Positions 25,841 to 27,066 of a stretch of 27,066 nucleotides of DNA are shown here, in pieces (position 1 is the first letter of the stretch; each line of letters begins with the position of its first letter). Under the pieces are notes generated by a model. It did no database searches. It was not told where the DNA came from and was given only the letters and a program-made list of their open reading frames with translations. Where the stretch lies: the IMG/VR virus record IMGVR_UViG_3300032258_000009, positions 1 to 27,066 of that record, one strand, 5' to 3'. The DNA comes from a virus (taxonomy: Duplodnaviria > Caudoviricetes). Both the position numbers and the translations under genes were made by a program.

Positions 25841-26260
25841 ATGAGTTGGAGTTTTTTACTCGACGAATTACGTGATGATCCCTTAGCTATTGGTTATGCT
25901 GGAATGGATGATCAACAGCGCATGGATTCTCTAGAAGATGATTCAGCTCGTCCTGCTCCCGATCTTATTCAGATTGAAGCTGCTCAGCTTTATGATGCAA
26001 TTGATCGGGTAGAGTATACAGCTTTATCAGCAAGTCAACAAGATCGAGTGAAAATTATTTTATCGCTTGGTCGAATTAACACTTCACAAGGTACACAAGC
26101 ACGGGCCGAAATTCTTGAAATATTTCCACCTGGTGGAGATACTATCACAGCGTTAACCACGCTTATTACTAATCGCACGCAGTCTAGAGCACAGGAGTTA
26201 AGAATTGGTAGTCTTAATCTAGTATTAATGGCTAATGCTCGTGCTGCTTTAGGAGGATAA
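25841..26260 (+). CDS. Hypothetical protein (helical; possible virion accessory or adaptor)
   Basis: AGGAG SD; 139 aa. The N-terminal L.DEL..DPL..GY..MDD and C-terminal SRAQEL pattern is one I associate with uncharacterised phage tail-region proteins. Confidence 0.65.
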   Translation: MSWSFLLDELRDDPLAIGYAGMDDQQRMDSLEDDSARPAPDLIQIEAAQLYDAIDRVEYTALSASQQDRVKIILSLGRINTSQGTQARAEILEIFPPGGDTITALTTLITNRTQSRAQELRIGSLNLVLMANARAALGG

Positions 26261-26263
26261 TTT

Positions 26264-26737
26264 ATGGCTACTACATCACAATCACTTGCAGCATCTGCTG
26301 CCATCACGATCACGCTCAATTCGCTGGCAAACAATTCGTGGCGTCAGTCCGTATATGTAGATAATAATACGAATCTTTATATGGGGGCTATTTTACAATT
26401 TGTGTTTCGAGTAGGTACTTCTCCAACTAGTGGTACTATTCGAGCCTTTCTTTATGGTGCAGAAACAGCTGATACAAATTATAGTGCGGGAGCAACTGGA
26501 ACAGATGTTAGTTATACAGTTGGTAATTTTGAGGGTCAGCTTGTGCCTATACATACTGTTGTTGTAGGAACTACTTCAGATGAGTATTTCAAGACACCAC
26601 CTTTTAATATAGCTACTTTATTTGGTAATGCTTTGCCACGTCGTTGGGGTGTTATTGTGCACAACAATAGTGGAGTAGCTTTAAATGCTTCTGGTAATGA
26701 AGTTAATTATACTGGCTTAAAGTATGCATCGGTGTAA
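26264..26737 (+). CDS. Hypothetical beta-rich protein, probable virion structural component
   Basis: AGGAGG SD; 157 aa, rich in T/S/N/G/V with alternating beta-strand patterns (TLNSLAN...S..VDN, WGVIVHNNSGVAL). Confidence 0.65.
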   Translation: MATTSQSLAASAAITITLNSLANNSWRQSVYVDNNTNLYMGAILQFVFRVGTSPTSGTIRAFLYGAETADTNYSAGATGTDVSYTVGNFEGQLVPIHTVVVGTTSDEYFKTPPFNIATLFGNALPRRWGVIVHNNSGVALNASGNEVNYTGLKYASV

Positions 26738-26739
26738 TC

Positions 26740-27066
26740 ATGGCACATGTTTATGACACGCTTGCAGACGCGCCGACCCTATACAATAACGTATGGTCGC
26801 ACGCTGACAATTTCCCGTTGTTCAATACCGCGTGGAACCGTTACCTGAATGTCTATGTCCACTGGACCGAAAACGGCGACACCGGTGATTCGGACCAATT
26901 GCTGGCGCTGTACGCGGAACCGAATACTGGTGAATTTTCGGAAGTATTTTGGATGTGGCGCGAGCAGAGCATACCAACAGGTATAGATTTCCGCATGGGC
27001 AGTCACGATCACACCGCAAATCATCGCGTAGCAGTCGTGTCCGATAGTTCATTGCCGATGAACAAT
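26740..27066 (+). CDS. Partial ORF (3' truncated), GC-rich, possible lectin/LamG-like virion protein
   Basis: ATG 26740 lies 2 nt after the previous stop, with GGTG upstream. It is open for 109 codons to the window end (MAHVYDTLADAPTLYNNVWSHADNFPLFNTAWNRY...SLPMNN). It is absent from the ORF track because no stop lies in the window. Confidence 0.65.
   Translation, partial: MAHVYDTLADAPTLYNNVWSHADNFPLFNTAWNRYLNVYVHWTENGDTGDSDQLLALYAEPNTGEFSEVFWMWREQSIPTGIDFRMGSHDHTANHRVAVVSDSSLPMNN

Noticed and set aside
530-27052. All minus-strand ORFs in the track (e.g. 2657..3040, 13485..13973, 26779..27024, 26822..27052)
   Set aside because: They are antisense shadows of well-supported + strand genes, with no recognisable motifs or SD support.
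1-27066. Stop-codon reassignment as an explanation for the long or fused ORFs
   Set aside because: TAA, TAG and TGA all occur as real stops followed by SD/start signals, and genes are intact under code 11.
21120-27066. Diversity-generating retroelement or invertible cassette acting on the adhesin
   Set aside because: No reverse transcriptase, recombinase, TR/VR-like near-identical DNA pair or inverted crossover repeats were seen by eye. The repeats are similar only at protein level. An element outside the window cannot be excluded.
1-27066. CRISPR array, tRNA, rRNA, intron or intein
   Set aside because: The window is almost fully coding, intergenic gaps are too short, and no repeat-spacer pattern, cloverleaf or intein terminal motifs were recognised.

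Overview
This is the late (virion morphogenesis) region of an AT-rich lytic siphovirus, with all real genes on the + strand. The head and tail-tube half follows the T5 (Demerecviridae-like) gene order: terminase large subunit C-terminus, a near-consensus sigma70 promoter, HNH nicking endonuclease, portal, prohead protease, HK97-fold major capsid, head completion, tail completion, tail terminator, tail tube, tube paralog, tail assembly chaperones and tape measure. It departs from T5 in several ways. (1) Protease and capsid form one uninterrupted frame, yet the capsid keeps its own strong SD+ATG at 2841-2858. (2) There is no decoration gene between portal and protease. (3) The tail-completion homolog is about double length. 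(4) The tail tip is not T5-like: Dit, a gpL-like hub protein and a 3024-aa gpJ-like protein whose C-terminal half has SPRY-like and LamG-like cassettes, each introduced by a 21-aa repeat. A -1 frameshift site (A AAT TTT, 9617-9623) links the two chaperone ORFs. The window ends with a 30-aa membrane peptide absent from the ORF track, small probable virion proteins and a truncated GC-rich ORF (about 52% GC) that looks recently acquired. All assignments come from remembered motifs and synteny; no database searches were run.
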